Positions 60,771 to 64,000 of a stretch of DNA of 64,000 bases are shown in pieces (the stretch's first letter is position 1; every line of letters starts with the position of its first letter). This DNA comes from the human T2T-CHM13v2.0 reference genome, Homo sapiens. Position numbers and translations under genes: made by a program. Below the pieces are notes generated by a model. It was not told the origin of the DNA. It was given only the letters and a program-made list of their open reading frames with translations, and made no database searches. The stretch lies in NCBI RefSeq assembly GCF_009914755.1, contig NC_060939.1. One strand, written 5' to 3'.

Positions 60771-62126
60771 TTCCTTAATGGTAGTGATGCTCTTATTTTA
60801 CAGGCAGATTTTCATTGTATTACTGTTAAGGTGTCTACCTCACCCATGTTCCAGACAATACCAGAGTTTCAGAATAAAACCACAGTGTTTTCTGGAACAT
60901 CTTTCTTTGTAACTGAACTTGATATAGTAATTGCTATACTTTCTTGTGTTTGTGTCCAATAATTTCAAACTTCAAATGCTAAAAATGGAGGCAAATACCA
61001 CATTCCCTGATAAAGCAAGAGAGAAAAAAGCCTATCAGTTGTTTTGCTTTTCTGAAGGCCTGTTGTGAATTTCAAAATACAGCAAATCATTTTCTGTGGG
61101 AGACTCCAAAGTGAAATTGTAATGATTCCTGGCTCAGTGAGTTAAATATCAATTGATCATTTTTGTAACCAGCCTCTAATTGATCAAAAATTATAGGTTT
61201 CAATATCAAAAGGGAATATGATCTCCCTAGCACTAAGCAGTGTTAATTTGGTCCATGTGGGAGACTAGGGAATTGGTAATTCCATGGAGAAAGAATCTAC
61301 TTCTGGAAGCTGTCTCCGGAAGTTGCACTGGAGTCAATTTGAACAAACAAGGGATTTATGGAAGATGATACTACCTTCTTTTAAAGGACAAAGAGGAAGA
61401 CCATGTTCTCCCATTGTCATAATATTTACTGAGAGATTCTTTTGTGCTATTCTCAATACAGATTGTTGGACCAAAGCCATAGGGTAAAGATTAGTAGTGT
61501 GGACGTTTGCATGGTATGATACCTTCATGAGCTTGGGAAAGTCACTTTATTTTTGAAAACCTCAGTTTCCTCATACATAAAAGTGGTCTCATAACACACT
61601 AACAGCCAACATTTAGCAGTTGCATACTTTGTACCAGGAACTTTGCTAAACACTTTTTATGCATTACTTGTATAATTCTCAAGACCCAATGAGATAGTTT
61701 TCACCTCCACTTTGGTCATTTCAATCCCACAGTTGATGTTCTTCCTTGTAGTTATTTAACTTCAAGGAGCTCTATGGGAAGAATTGCTTAATCCAGAAAG
61801 GGTTCTAGGGACCACAAATGGTAACATCTTCCCATTTTGGTGCATGTCCACAACCCCCTCCGTCTTCACTGTGGTGCTTCTAGTGGATGGGCCTTGGCAG
61901 GTTCTAGTCCTTTGCATTTTAGTTTTGCTATTTATGCTGAGACAGTTTATCTTTGACTCAATTTGCATTTGAATGATGGCCCTAGTGCCATTTCTTTTCA
62001 ATGTGTACCTTTCACATAATCAACAAATGAACTGAATTCTAGAGATTGTAGCTTACATCTCAAATTCTGGTACCTTCTCTCTGCAGTTCAAGAGCTTACA
62101 TTTTAACTTACAAACTGAGAGTTCTA

Positions 62127-63485
<1,359 letters not shown>

Positions 63486-63684
63486 CTATTTTTCTTAATT
63501 AAGATATAGATTTGGTGAAATGTATTCCATTTTCCACAGTTTAAAAGGCTTTGGCTCTTACATTTTATTTCCAGAACCATCACCTTAATCATCTGCATTT
63601 CACTATATTTTGAATATTCACTCTTCACGTATTTATCACATGCCTATTGATAAATGAACAGGATCTGGAGCTTAGCAGAATTAG

Positions 63685-63910
63685 TGATAATAACAGTAAT
63701 AATAACTAACATCCATTGAGTTCTTGTGGTGACTCACCCTGGGCTCAGTGTTCAACACAAATTATACAGCTTAGTTTAATCCCCATAGTGACCCTCTGAG
63801 ATTTTGTTATTACCTCCCTTTTACAGATAAGACAGCTGAGGCTCTGAGAGGTGATGTGATGTGTCCAGGTTCATACACACATTCATCCATGTAGGCCTGA
63901 CTCGAAATAC
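63685..63910 (-). mobile_element. MIR SINE
   Basis: taataactaacatccattgag...tttaatcccc...ttttacagataagacagctgaggctctgagagg. Confidence 0.8.
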
Positions 63911-64000
63911 AAGCTCTTGTTTTCTTTTCTCAGTACCAACGCTCCTGGTAGGTCCCCAATCAATTTTTAATTTTCTCTAACTTTCTCTACATTTCCTATG

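Overview
Primate genomic DNA, almost certainly human because it carries an L1Hs-Ta insertion. It is AT-rich, intronic or intergenic, and I cannot support any host protein-coding exon or RNA gene. Much of the window is transposable-element sequence: a full-length 6.03-kb L1PA2/3-type LINE-1 (41731-47762, minus; ORF1 has two stops, ORF2 a single stop, antisense ORF0 is open), a 5'-truncated L1Hs-Ta-0 (62127-63478), an old L1MA with nested Tigger3 and Alus, a near-complete Hsmar1 mariner, a full Tigger1 with three nested insertions, several solo LTRs, six Alu-family elements, and MIR/L2/CR1/MER relics. Every ORF over 150 aa is L1-derived or a microsatellite artefact. I found no convincing new biological system. 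The best leads are: (i) a TSD-flanked, A-tailed 415-bp piece of ancient antisense-L1-like DNA inside Tigger1, probably a retrocopied transcript end or orphan transduction; (ii) three copies of CACGTGGAA in a CpG-retaining unique block (candidate E-box enhancer); (iii) a ~260-bp dispersed local duplication; (iv) a tandem-duplicated MEIS+HOX-like motif; (v) a ~730-bp polypyrimidine tract containing (CCTG)11. Repeat subfamily names come from remembered consensus sequences and need RepeatMasker/Dfam confirmation. Boundaries of old repeats are approximate.
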